64,000 bases of DNA, taken from NCBI GenBank assembly GCA_964571255.1, contig CAZNAA010000002.1:28746-92745 (forward strand), in the 5' to 3' direction. Positions 48,801 to 56,366 of this stretch are shown in pieces. This DNA is from an uncultured Gammaproteobacteria bacterium (lineage in GTDB: Bacteria; Patescibacteriota; Microgenomatia; Levybacterales; UBA12049). Positions within the stretch are counted from its first letter, which is position 1, and each line of letters begins with the position of its first letter. The notes beneath the pieces were generated by a model. That model ran no database searches and was not told where the DNA came from. It saw nothing but the letters and a program-made list of their open reading frames with translations. The translations under genes and the position numbers were made by a program.

Positions 48801-50604
48801 TATCAACGCTGATACAGCTGTTTCTGGAGGAGCAGTAGCAACAAGCGGGACAGGAAGTGTTACGACCAGCAGTGGAACACCTACTCTGACCATTAGTGGA
48901 ACAGGAAATATTGGGGGTGGAGGAAGTGTCACCGCTTATAATTTGACAGTATCAGGTACTCAGACACTTCAATCAAATCTGATTGCAAATAATGATATTA
49001 GTGTTTCAAACGGAGCTTCCCTTGCCCTTAACGGAAAAGATACGACAGTGACTGGTGGCGACTTTACTACGACAGGAACTGGTGCTATTACTTGTTCTGG
49101 ATGTAGTGCTGGAACAACTACTATTAACGGAGGAGCAGCAAGTGGACTGGGAGGAGGAGGAGCAGTTACTGTCTATAATCTCACTATTGGCGGAACAGTA
49201 CCTCTTCTTTCTACCCTTACTGCGCTTAATACCTTAACCGTGAATGGAACATTCTCCGGCTCTTCCAATGCAACCGTGAATGGAAGTATTGCAGGAACTG
49301 GGACAATCATTTTTTCTGGAGGAACAGTTGATCAACGAGTGGGAGCTTCTCAAAACTTTGGAACAACGAGTGGGAGTACTAACTGGACTTTTTCGACACT
49401 TATTTTCTCAAACTCCAGCGGAACGAGCAAAACTGTTACTACCCAAACTGGAGGAAGTGGAACAGTCACTGCCTCAACCCTTCTCCAAATTGGCAAAGGA
49501 GGAGACAGTGCAGCCACAGTACTTGACGCTGGAAATAGAAATTGGATTGTTCAAGGAACAAGTGGTACTCCTCTAACTCTCCCTCAAGGAAGTGTTACGG
49601 CCAACACCTCAACAGTTAGTTATACAGGAAATAATACTGGTGGAAATACCACTATTGCAACTATCACCTACTACTCCCTCCTCGTAAATAACAGTTCAGA
49701 AACCTATACCCCGTCCACCACTCTTGCTATTGATAATGGATTAACCGTTACATCAGGAACGCTTGATCTTGGCACGAATGATACAACCATTGGATCAACT
49801 GGCGTATCAAACTCAGGAGGAGTCTCTGTTCTTGGTACCCTTACGCAATCTTCCAGTGCAACCACTACTATTCGAACCTCTGCTAGCGGAGCTAGCACTG
49901 TTGGAGGAAGTGGTAGTATCACCTTTTACAACCTTTCTTTGGCTCCTGCTGCTAATAGTGGAGTAATCACACTAGGATCTGCCACCAGTCAAACGATTAC
50001 TGTTTCAGGTACACTTACTATTGGAAACGGCAGTAACTCTGTGACTGTGACTGCTAATACGAATAACCCCACCATTGATGTCAATGGCAGCCTGACAATC
50101 AATACAAGTGGAACCTTGGTTGCACCACCTTCCTCTATCCTCTCCATTGCTGCAAATATGACAAATGACGGAACCTTTACAGCCAATGGAGGAACTGTTC
50201 GAATTGACGGTTCAGGAACATCAGTTCTCAATGGCTCCTCAAGTCCTGCTATCATCTTTGCCAACTTTCTCTCAAGTACAGCAGGAAAGACTATTCAATT
50301 CACCGCATCCAAAATTTTCCGAATAACAGGCTCACTTACCATTACTGGAGCTACAGGAAATACAATCGCTATTCAATCAACAAGCGGGACACAATGGCTT
50401 ATCGATCACCAAGGGACAGAAAGCGTAACGAACGCAACCATTACCAACTCAGGCTGTGATGGAGCCAGTACAGATATCACCCTTGGGTTTAGTAATTTTA
50501 ATGGAGGAAACAATGGAGTGTGTTGGGTCTTTACTGCTGGAGGAGCGATACAGTCACGCGTGAAAGGAACAACTCGAGTAGGAGGAAATGCTCGGATCCA
50601 ATAA
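39841..50604 (+). CDS. Giant Thr/Gly/Ser/Asn-rich beta-helix-like surface protein
   Basis: N-terminal signal/TM; WNG.G....WS..GNWS followed by long LT.NG.LT-type beta-solenoid repeats with paired Cys; basic C-terminal motif. Confidence 0.85.
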   Translation: MKYLNYLSLLRHILRTKKVLLAGLLALSLLLGPLIPFFSFHNSSKQETPKYFASELTMRSKKTLFTPVEKPTFKIGIGKPVTQDGKVLEKISGTNVFISEVHAQETSLPELQIKASRTIRETDIVQMVANRTAPDEIEIKVADAVSFRPGKYRMSITSGNRNIEQDFTWGVLAVNTNKSVYSPGETAKIGMAVLDDIGRTKCMTGAYAEFNKGKVWLTITDPLGKKTEHSSENGLVIGSPECEEHSVTNEADFQTTYKTTTPGIYQIDLIGENQNGKKSIADYFEVKSDQSVIVERISLPTRIFPASDYSASISVTTKGPFKGQIIETTPASFIITCDGCQVLGENSLNDASEPADRKATHTIVWDVDWKTGGSHTLSYTINPPNVSPEFFLLGPLTLSQGKNILFKEVRQWQIASDALITWNGNGASVNWSVAGNWSTGAAPTTAANVVLDGVASPNGNANSTINNATVGAVTDITINGYTGTVTQGAAIATSGTSGITVTSGTLTGATQAITLTDGSLTVNGGVFTTTTGAVSIQLNLTFSSGTLTNNASGINFTDNTSADDSTLSCSSTLSGTWRINKTSGGDFALGSGCTVSMSENVTSSVGLLTNDGTLTITGASTVLNIVDNNIDNNSSLTVDSSGARVTVERNFDNTGGTLTNNGTIDFPDSTNADDSTLTCGNTPGGTFRINKAQGSDFTLSSSCTITATENVTSSLGRLTNNGTLTLDNGTFVFGQTDTTLSVDNNSSLTLDTDAIITLQRNFDSTGGSITNNGNINWISDEAGATDSPDLTCNSSLGGSGSYNLNFAAAADFTLSSSCTVTMSESLAGVAPMGLLTNNGVLTLAGSGASFDFNSTSPTLLLDNNNTLSLGSGATITIQRNFDNTGGSFSNSGTVIFDADEATDDSTFTCGNTPGGTFRIDKTLASDFTLSSGCTISASENVTSSLEVLTNNGNLTLTGTSSFVFTTTSTNLQIDNNGTMTIDSSVTVSLHRNFDNTGGTLTNSGTVVFNSDEATDDSTFTCGNTPGGTFRIDKTTGGTTFTLSSGCTASFTESATVAMEQITNNGTMTLTGGSSSWPLTTTSVTDQVVNTGTLNITGGAALSLHRSFNDTGTVSNSGGSISFLSDEATVDDTTLTCGGSSDFGDVTINKTSSGSTFTISSNCVFNDFIYTSSSAEFSNPGSARTLSVTGNFTMDDIQNLGGANLTVEFSSTGTQTINKSSTGLFQSKFSVNKTAGGNSVGLATALTVTTETCNIVEGTFETNGFTFTCAGGFTVQDGGNLQMHGSETPTSPTLNSGSTVTYEGNGDGVADTRTMKAYVYHHLTVNSSVGTADTFQPPNAFTGANDINGNLTITDGTFDVISGTNYGVDVVGSFSIATDGIFLAQAGTLKIGDDFTNNGTFTAGTGTVELNTATTATLNGSGSPAVTFNNFTVTTAAKTVQFTASKTFRINGLLTITGTAGNEVVINSTSGTQWLINHQGTENVTYANVTNSGCDGTSTTITIDATSINNGNNGTCWDFPILNITVSGNIYSDEGSSAYDCSANNITVYTSVNGAANDTPGTCTLNTGAFSITATKPTAAAQPIVIFIDSGESIKATTVTLTADATSNITGLKLYVDHLVLTHEDSGPMTNAKLATGDNADAGIRYSVASSNLTVESGIELFVYNSKTFTPGGTVTTQGSLGDFQLGTSATATLGTATNTISNDILIGTSATLNVNTDTIVAGGDITATGTLNTTSGTPTITMRGTGSISGAGSKTVYTLLIGDGTTATTTLSGTLTANNDVTVGTGSTFNQNASLNISGGDFTTTTTGIVNTTSGTGTVTITGTGNVGAGSGGSFTVYNLAANGTQTLISDIVTTNNISIATGGSLALASKNVTVSGGTVSTAGTGAITCSACSAGTVTISGTGNIGGGGTVTVYNLQINGTQTLASALTVSNDAVVGTGGILDLGSQNMTVTGGDFTNTTTGIIRCNSCSAGTLTMPATGNLGSGSGDITLYNLATSGTGTTTFSGSGTNTVSNNVTVGAGTTLAINSSISITGSFANTTTGIITTTSGNPTVTVSGATIGGGSGAITFYDLTKAGGGTTTFSGAGTNTVNNNLSISNGTFTQSDSLTVTNDISVATGATYNNNATLAVNGGDFTTTSTGVINTTSGTPTLTISGTGSLGGGNGNITLYNLTTTGSGTTTFSGGGTNTINNNVSVGAGTTLNINSTIGITGNLTNTSTGIIGTTSGTPTVTVSGTTIGGGSGAITIYTLAKATASTTTFSGGGTNTLSQNLTVSAGTLTISNDLSIGNDVSVATSSTLNLNGNTSIGGGDATTAGTGIISTTSGTPTLSVSGTGTVGGGGAVSAYNLTISGSQTISSATTVSNDLNINGTMSGSSTVTVNGNLVGIGAVSHGGTVEHRIGSDKNFGATSGSGTWAFTTLKFTNSSGSTKTITTQTGGAGGVSAATVLQVGETDDSAGINLDAGNKTWTLSGTSGAPLSIEDGSIAAATSTFVFSGNNGGGNTTINDITYYRLTVNNGSETFVLAASPLLVTNTLTISAGTLSVSTNSVTVGSSSVSNSGSILNSGTYSQSAGGTTTVKSSAGGSSTIGGSGTTTFYNLSIAPDAASAPTITLGSAGSQTITVSNNLGIGDGSNSVIVTANTNNPALDVNGNFTINTSATFTAPPSASFTIAGNMTNDGTFTHNNGTVTLDTTTTATLTGSGSTAITFYNLTSTTATKTILFTSTKTFKTDGLVTLTGSSGNNITVDATSNGSQWLINHQGTENITYTSVQDSGCDGASTTITLGTTNTNNGNNSSCWVFTMDVTGNVYTDEGSSAYDCSSDNLTIHISVNGAASTTTTCTLNTGAFSFSGVTKPSNGTPIVLYIDSGETPKATTVTLADSSLTGVKIYQNHVNLTHENAGPITNTNLSTADNGDSGIRYNVSSGNVTFDTDMEAHVLGSKTYTPGGNVTTQGSAGDFHLASSSTATLGGITTLSGDVQVDTGATLTINADTAVSGGAVATSGTGSVTTSSGTPTLTISGTGNIGGGGSVTAYNLTVSGTQTLQSNLIANNDISVSNGASLALNGKDTTVTGGDFTTTGTGAITCSGCSAGTTTINGGAASGLGGGGAVTVYNLTIGGTVPLLSTLTALNTLTVNGTFSGSSNATVNGSIAGTGTIIFSGGTVDQRVGASQNFGTTSGSTNWTFSTLIFSNSSGTSKTVTTQTGGSGTVTASTLLQIGKGGDSAATVLDAGNRNWIVQGTSGTPLTLPQGSVTANTSTVSYTGNNTGGNTTIATITYYSLLVNNSSETYTPSTTLAIDNGLTVTSGTLDLGTNDTTIGSTGVSNSGGVSVLGTLTQSSSATTTIRTSASGASTVGGSGSITFYNLSLAPAANSGVITLGSATSQTITVSGTLTIGNGSNSVTVTANTNNPTIDVNGSLTINTSGTLVAPPSSILSIAANMTNDGTFTANGGTVRIDGSGTSVLNGSSSPAIIFANFLSSTAGKTIQFTASKIFRITGSLTITGATGNTIAIQSTSGTQWLIDHQGTESVTNATITNSGCDGASTDITLGFSNFNGGNNGVCWVFTAGGAIQSRVKGTTRVGGNARIQ
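42534..42942 (+). repeat. Exact ~73-bp direct repeat (336-bp offset) in giant gene 2
   Basis: tgatgaagcaactgatgactctacgtttacttgtggaaacacaccaggtggtactttccgaatagacaagaca at 42534 and 42870. Confidence 0.85.
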
Positions 50605-50657
50605 GAGGTTATCCTTGACTTTATACATTTAGCTTTGTTACAGTTTATGGATACTCT

Positions 50658-52775
50658 ATGACTGATTCAAAAAAAGAACTCCTTTCCTATTTAGAAAACA
50701 TGTCTCTTCTTTTCTTAGGAATTCTCTTTCTAGCTTTTCCTTTGATTTTCTCTCAACAAACGACTGAGACCTTTGTCCTTCCAAAACAAATCCTTCTGGG
50801 AAGTACTGTTTTAGTAAGCTTTTTGTTTTTTGGAGTCCGAATGCTTCTCGAAGGACGAGTGAGACTCAAAACAACTCCGTTTGACCTACCTCTTTTTTTC
50901 ATGACCGTAACGTTTGCCCTTTCTTCTTATTTATCACTCAATAAGTTTGATGCACTTATCGCCTATATCCCCTTCCTTTTTGGCATTTTAGTTTACTTTA
51001 TCGTAGTTAACGTTGTAACAGGAAGGAATGCAACACTTTTTCTTCTGGGCTCACTCGTTACAGGGGCAGCACTCAGTAGCGTACTCACTATCCTTGCTTC
51101 TCTCAAAGTCACTTTTTTCCCTTTCACCCAAGTACTTGCCCAAACACAAACTACCATGGGATCTCTATTGGATCAAAGCATGTATCTAGCAGTCGTTGCT
51201 ACAATTGCCGGATATGTTGCGTATCCTCTGTTTGAAGGGAGAAAAGCAACTCAGGAGCAAAAGCCTCTTTTTGCTGCGTTTGCAGCCATGGGAGTTTTGA
51301 TTGTAATTGGCCTTTTGGTAACTCTATTTCTCCTCTTCAAGCAAAAACCAGCTCTTCTTCCTTTCTCAACAGGATTTCAAACTGCCTTTGCTGCTATCTC
51401 ACAAGATGGTGGACGTCAACTTATGAGTTTTCTATTTGGCAGTGGATTTGGAACTTTTGTGACCGTCTTTACTAAATTCAAACAAGCGACGTATAATGCG
51501 TTTCCCACTCTTTGGTCAATAACCTTTTTTAGATCAAGTAGTTTTATACTAGAACTTTTAGCTACAACAGGATTTCTTGGCTTCTTAAGCTTTATGCTCC
51601 TTCTCTATCGATTCATTCGCACTCGAGTTTTTTATCTGCCACTTATCTTAGTTTTTGCAGCAGCGTTTCTTCTTCCCTTCTCCTATAACTCCCAAATGCT
51701 TCTTTTCTTTGTCCTTGCAGTATTTGCCATCCTTCATAGTAGAGATAACGAAAGACTCTATCAGAACTTGGAATTCTATTTTGTGGCTCTTAAAAGAGGC
51801 TTAGTCACCACAGAAGATGCTCCAATAAGACAATATGAAGAAAAAGGAGCGAAGATTCTTCCTATTATCCTCTTTGTTATCCTTGCTGGACTTTTTGGAG
51901 GACTTGCATATATCTCCACTCGATTTGTGATCTCAGACGTGTTATTTAAAAAGTCCTTTGTAGCAGCTTCGAAAAATGACGGACTTACTACCTACAGACT
52001 CCAAGAAAGTGCTCTCAAAACCTTTTTGTACAAAGATACATATCACTCCATCTTTGCTCAAACAAATCTAGCACTTGCTAACTCAGTTGCAAATTCTCAA
52101 CCAAAAAACTCCTCTCCTAGCGCGCAGACAAGTCAACAGATATTAGGATTTATTCAGCAATCAATTAATGCAGGAAAGTCAGCAACAGCAATTTCTCCTC
52201 TTACTGCATCCAACTGGAATAACCTATCAAGCATTTATAGATCTCTTATAGGTTTTGGACAAAATGCAGAAGTCTTTGCCAGAGATGCGAATCTGCAAGC
52301 CATTCAACTTGACTCAACTAACCCACAACAATATATCAATCTAGGTGGTATCTACTACCAACTGCAACAATGGGATTTGGCTGAGCAAGCATTTATTCGA
52401 GCAATTGATTTAAAATCTGACTATGCTAATGCATACTATAACCTTGGTCATACCATGGAAAACAAAGGGGATTTAAGTGGCGCTTTGAGACAATACCAAG
52501 TAGTTGAGCAACTCGTTAAAGCCCAAAAGGAGGATATAACAAAGATTCAAGAAGAGATAAAAGTCCTTCAAGCAAAAATAGCCAAACAAACTCCCCCTCA
52601 GTCACAAGCTGAAGACCAAACAGGAACGGATGATCTTTCCATCAATCAACCAGAAACCACTCTTCCTGAGCAAAAAGAGAAAGCACCAATTGACGGACCT
52701 GAAGTAAAATTAACCCCTACCCCAACACCAAGTACTCCTCCTTCAAAAACCCCATCACCTTCTCTAAGTAACTAA
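50658..52775 (+). CDS. Polytopic membrane protein (O-antigen ligase/Wzy_C-like) with TPR C-terminus
   Basis: Many TMs; FLFGSGFGTF, LELLATTGFLG; TPR repeats YINLGGIYY...A.QAF..AI.LK.DYANAYYNLG. Confidence 0.75.
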   Translation: MTDSKKELLSYLENMSLLFLGILFLAFPLIFSQQTTETFVLPKQILLGSTVLVSFLFFGVRMLLEGRVRLKTTPFDLPLFFMTVTFALSSYLSLNKFDALIAYIPFLFGILVYFIVVNVVTGRNATLFLLGSLVTGAALSSVLTILASLKVTFFPFTQVLAQTQTTMGSLLDQSMYLAVVATIAGYVAYPLFEGRKATQEQKPLFAAFAAMGVLIVIGLLVTLFLLFKQKPALLPFSTGFQTAFAAISQDGGRQLMSFLFGSGFGTFVTVFTKFKQATYNAFPTLWSITFFRSSSFILELLATTGFLGFLSFMLLLYRFIRTRVFYLPLILVFAAAFLLPFSYNSQMLLFFVLAVFAILHSRDNERLYQNLEFYFVALKRGLVTTEDAPIRQYEEKGAKILPIILFVILAGLFGGLAYISTRFVISDVLFKKSFVAASKNDGLTTYRLQESALKTFLYKDTYHSIFAQTNLALANSVANSQPKNSSPSAQTSQQILGFIQQSINAGKSATAISPLTASNWNNLSSIYRSLIGFGQNAEVFARDANLQAIQLDSTNPQQYINLGGIYYQLQQWDLAEQAFIRAIDLKSDYANAYYNLGHTMENKGDLSGALRQYQVVEQLVKAQKEDITKIQEEIKVLQAKIAKQTPPQSQAEDQTGTDDLSINQPETTLPEQKEKAPIDGPEVKLTPTPTPSTPPSKTPSPSLSN

Positions 52776-52817
52776 TACTATATCCATATAGATCATTTTT
52801 TCGTTTATACTGCCTCT

Positions 52818-53063
52818 ATGGGAAATAAAGAAGCACTTAGGCTTGCAAAAAAAGATCGTATTGACAAGTTTCTCAGACACAATGCAGAGGTATATCAAGG
52901 AGAAGAAAGAAGATGGAGGATTAATTTTATTACTGAAAACACAAGGGAAATGTTAGAACTATTTCCAGAACAACAAAAAAAGATATCCTCTCTCAAAGAC
53001 TGCGTTACTAGCAGTATTCATTTTTATGATGTTCTATCGATACAATTGGCTATGAGTTCCTAG
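52818..53063 (+). CDS. Short hypothetical protein
   Basis: TATACT 6 nt before ATG; 3' end overlaps the convergent toxin; may be truncated. Confidence 0.4.
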   Translation: MGNKEALRLAKKDRIDKFLRHNAEVYQGEERRWRINFITENTREMLELFPEQQKKISSLKDCVTSSIHFYDVLSIQLAMSS

Positions 53064-53306
53064 TAATTCAAAATAGTACTCTTGTTTTGATCCTTGAGTT
53101 GTCCGGATAGAATAAATAGCTCTCCAATATCCTGTAATATTTATACTTCGTAAACCGTGAAACTTTCCAGTAAGAGCATGGTTATTCAGAGTTTTATCCA
53201 TCGGGCTTTGAATAAAGAGATCGAGTCTTATTTTTACTTTCTTTTGTACTTGTAGAGGAGTTTTTTTATATTGCTTCTGAAATGTAGTTGAATACTTAAT
53301 ATTCAT
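53034..53306 (-). CDS. Type II toxin, YafQ/RelE family
   Basis: I.YSTTF.KQYKK, LNNHALTG, RSINITG.WRAIY, LGTHSQLY. Confidence 0.88.
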   Translation of the reverse strand: MNIKYSTTFQKQYKKTPLQVQKKVKIRLDLFIQSPMDKTLNNHALTGKFHGLRSINITGYWRAIYSIRTTQGSKQEYYFELLGTHSQLYR

Positions 53307-53314
53307 GATCTATT

Positions 53315-53596
53315 TCAACTATCTAACCATTTAAAAGAATCTCTCGTATTTGTAAAAGAAGGTGAAGCCTTCCCTTCTTTATATTCATAGTCAGAAGATT
53401 TTAATGCCTGTATCATATACTCTGAGGGTTCTTCTTCATCAAGACTTACTGATAAGCGTTTTGTTCGAATAAACTGCTTGAGAAGTACCTTCATTACAGC
53501 ACTTAAAGAAAGCCCTAGCTCCTCAGCTGTTTGTTGAGCTTGTTTTTTGATATTTGCTTCCAATTTTATATGCACAGATGTAATATTCATATACAC
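53315..53596 (-). CDS. RelB/DinJ family antitoxin
   Basis: VHIKLE..IKKQAQQTAEELGLSLSAVMKVLLKQF; upstream of the toxin. Confidence 0.85.
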   Translation of the reverse strand: MYMNITSVHIKLEANIKKQAQQTAEELGLSLSAVMKVLLKQFIRTKRLSVSLDEEEPSEYMIQALKSSDYEYKEGKASPSFTNTRDSFKWLDS

Positions 53597-53660
53597 GTAA
53601 CATACACAACGTGGTCTATTTTGTCAATAGCTCTACGTCTGTTCGTTTAAAATACATAAG

Positions 53661-53731
53661 TGGACCCGAAGGGAATCGAACCCTCTATTTCGCTATGCCA
53701 TAGCGATGTGTTACCGGTATACCACGGGCCC
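53661..53731 (-). tRNA. tRNA-Ala (GGC)
   Basis: Reverse complement GGGCCCG...TCGCT-AT-GGC-AT-AGCGA...GGTTCGATTCC...CGGGTCCA; G3:U70 Ala identity pair. Confidence 0.92.
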
Positions 53732-54859
53732 TTATGGTAAATATACCATAGGATTAACTAATGCTCCGTTTTTCTGTAATTCAAAATGTAAGTGAGCCCC
53801 CGTTGTTCTTCCCGTTAACCCCACCCAACCAACCACTGTTTTTCCAGCATACACGCTTTGTCCGGCTGAGACATTAAGCCCTGACATATGAGCATAATGG
53901 GTTGCTGACCCACTACCATTATCCACCCAGACATTCGTTCCGTATCCATAATCCCACGTTCCACTCGAAACCCTTGTTACTGTTCCATCTTGTGCTGCAT
54001 AGATAGGAGTCCCAACAGAACTGGTGATATCAAGTGCCATATGATACCAAGAAGCAAATTGAGAAATTCCTCCTCGAAGTGGCCAGGAGAATCCTCCTCC
54101 AGATACTTTTCCAACAGGAGCTGAGGCGATATACGTTTGTCGAGCAATTCGAGGAGTGGCTGGTTTAATAATCTCTCCATCAGGAACTACTAACATTTGT
54201 CCTTCAACGAGTGAGAAAGTCTCAGGATTGGCAAAATCATTAAAAGGAAAATCTACTATTTTTTGGGCTTCCGTATTATACTTTTTGGCAATCGTCAAAA
54301 CTGTTTCTCCTTTAGCAACTTTGTGCCGTACTCCTGTAACAGGGAGAATTTTCAACTCTTCTCCAACAGTTACGTTATCTGAAGTTAAATTATTTGACCA
54401 TTTAATCGTATCAACTGATACGTCAAACTTTTTAGCAATCGTTGATAGCGTATCTCCTTTTTCTATGGTATACACGACTACTTGGTCTCTCACTTTTTGT
54501 GAAATTTGGGTAGCAAAGATATCCTCTCCTACTTCAATTGATTGTTGCTCAGACGCCACTAAGACTTGTTGGGAAGAAGTGTCTGAGGAGAAAACCGGGT
54601 AGGTGTCTGCAAGAAAGGGAGCAATGAGTACGCCAAAACCTAGTACTCCCATAGTGGCAAAATGTAAAAAAGGACGATTGTATCTCCCCCGTTTCATGAG
54701 AAGAAAGCGAACGAGTACATTCTTATACTCTTCAAACCTTTTACTTGCTTTTAAAATGTTTTTTTTGAAATAAGAGAGGAAGAAAAGAAGGAAAAGGACA
54801 AATTCTTTTTTCAAGAAGGAAGACGTTTCTGACAAGGTCGTTTTTATCCGATTGATCAT
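53732..54859 (-). CDS. LysM + M23 peptidase
   Basis: Two LysM domains (YTIEKGDTLSTIAKKF; HKVAKGETVLTIAKKY); H.ALDI, YAH, TG.TTGAHLHFE. Confidence 0.92.
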   Translation of the reverse strand: MINRIKTTLSETSSFLKKEFVLFLLFFLSYFKKNILKASKRFEEYKNVLVRFLLMKRGRYNRPFLHFATMGVLGFGVLIAPFLADTYPVFSSDTSSQQVLVASEQQSIEVGEDIFATQISQKVRDQVVVYTIEKGDTLSTIAKKFDVSVDTIKWSNNLTSDNVTVGEELKILPVTGVRHKVAKGETVLTIAKKYNTEAQKIVDFPFNDFANPETFSLVEGQMLVVPDGEIIKPATPRIARQTYIASAPVGKVSGGGFSWPLRGGISQFASWYHMALDITSSVGTPIYAAQDGTVTRVSSGTWDYGYGTNVWVDNGSGSATHYAHMSGLNVSAGQSVYAGKTVVGWVGLTGRTTGAHLHFELQKNGALVNPMVYLP

Positions 54860-54920
54860 AAAGGAGGGTGTGTGGATCTCTCAAGTGTAGCAAATATTGG
54901 TGTTTTGAGTCAATTCTTCT

Positions 54921-56228
54921 CTATTTTCCAAGAGTCTCGAGAAACTCATCATTTGATTCCGTTTGGCTCAATCTCTCAATTAAAATACTCGTTCTTTCAT
55001 CAGGTCCAAGCATATCAATCATTCGTCTCATGGTAACCATTTTCTTATACGTTGGGTCATCAAGCAGCAACTCTTCTTGTCTAGTTCCTGATCTTTCGAC
55101 ATTAATCGCAGGATAAATTCGGCGCTCTGCCAGTCTGCGATCTAAATGCAACTCCATATTTCCCGTTCCCTTAAACTCTTCATAGACCAAGTCATCAAGT
55201 CGGGATCCCGTATCAATCAGAGCTGTTCCAATAATGGTGAGAGAACCTCCGTCTTTGCAGTTTCGAGCTGCTCCAAAAATTCTTTTAGCTGGCCAGAGAG
55301 CAGCTGGATCAAATCCTCCGGAAAGGGTTCGTCCACTAGGCGCAACGGAAAGATTATAGGCACGAGCAAGTCTCGTGATTGAATCTAAAAGAACAATCAC
55401 GTCTTTGCCTGTTTCAACAAGTCGTTTCGCTCGCTCCAGAGCAATTTCAGCAATTCGGGTTTGATCCTCTGGTGGTTCATCAAAGTTTGAGGCAACTACT
55501 TCTCCGTGAACTGATGAGGAAATATCTGTTACTTCCTCAGGACGCTCTCCAACTAAAACGGCCATTAAGAAAGAATCAGGAAAGTTTTTGGCAATTCCTG
55601 CGGCCAAGTCTTTGAGAATGGTTGTCTTTCCTGCTTTTGGAGGAGAAACGATCATTCCACGCTGTCCAAATCCAATAGGAGCTACTAAATCAATAATCCG
55701 AGTTGAAAGAGGCAGTTTGCCTGTTGAAAGAGTAATTTGTTTATTAGGATAAATTGGCGTCAGATCCTCAAACCAAGGTCTATTATATGACTCCTCCCCT
55801 GTTTGTCCATTTACTTTCTCGACCTTTAATAAGCCGTAATATCTTTCATTGTCTTTGGGAGGACGAGCAACTCCTTCAACCAAATCTCCTCCACGCAGCG
55901 CAAACCTTCTAATTTGAGATTGAGAGATATAAATATCACGATTGGAGGGAACAAATTTAGGACGCAAAAACCCATGTCCTTCAGGCTGTAAGTCTAAATA
56001 TCCTTTTACTTCCTCAGTTGGACCTTGTTGAACTGCAGGATATGAGGAAGAATAACCTCCACCATTACCATTTTGACCTCCTTGATCATCATAGGATTGG
56101 TTTGAAGAAGATTGGCTAGATGAGTTTTCCTGAAAATCATCATTTGGAGACACACGACGAGGACGGAGTGTTTTACCCACAAAATCAGCTGCAGAACTTG
56201 AGGAAACTGGTTTTCTTGTATATGGCAT
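54921..56228 (-). CDS. rho: Transcription termination factor Rho
   Basis: GFLR, DIYIS.SQIRRF.LR.GD, PIGFGQRG, PPKAGKT, LLDSITRLARAYN, EEFKGTGNME. Confidence 0.97.
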   Translation of the reverse strand: MPYTRKPVSSSSAADFVGKTLRPRRVSPNDDFQENSSSQSSSNQSYDDQGGQNGNGGGYSSSYPAVQQGPTEEVKGYLDLQPEGHGFLRPKFVPSNRDIYISQSQIRRFALRGGDLVEGVARPPKDNERYYGLLKVEKVNGQTGEESYNRPWFEDLTPIYPNKQITLSTGKLPLSTRIIDLVAPIGFGQRGMIVSPPKAGKTTILKDLAAGIAKNFPDSFLMAVLVGERPEEVTDISSSVHGEVVASNFDEPPEDQTRIAEIALERAKRLVETGKDVIVLLDSITRLARAYNLSVAPSGRTLSGGFDPAALWPAKRIFGAARNCKDGGSLTIIGTALIDTGSRLDDLVYEEFKGTGNMELHLDRRLAERRIYPAINVERSGTRQEELLLDDPTYKKMVTMRRMIDMLGPDERTSILIERLSQTESNDEFLETLGK

Positions 56229-56366
56229 AGGAAATTTAACTTAGAAGGGAATTTAGTACCATTTTATCTGTAAACAGAAGCGGTAATATGTGTATTATAT
56301 CGTATATGTAAGACTTGTCAAGATCCTTCCCTTGACAAACCAGGTGTCTCGATCAATAATCCATGC

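Noticed and set aside
31295-50264. Many antisense and alternative-frame ORFs inside the giant genes
   Set aside because: Shadow ORFs caused by Thr/Gly/Ser codon bias; no independent start signals or motifs.
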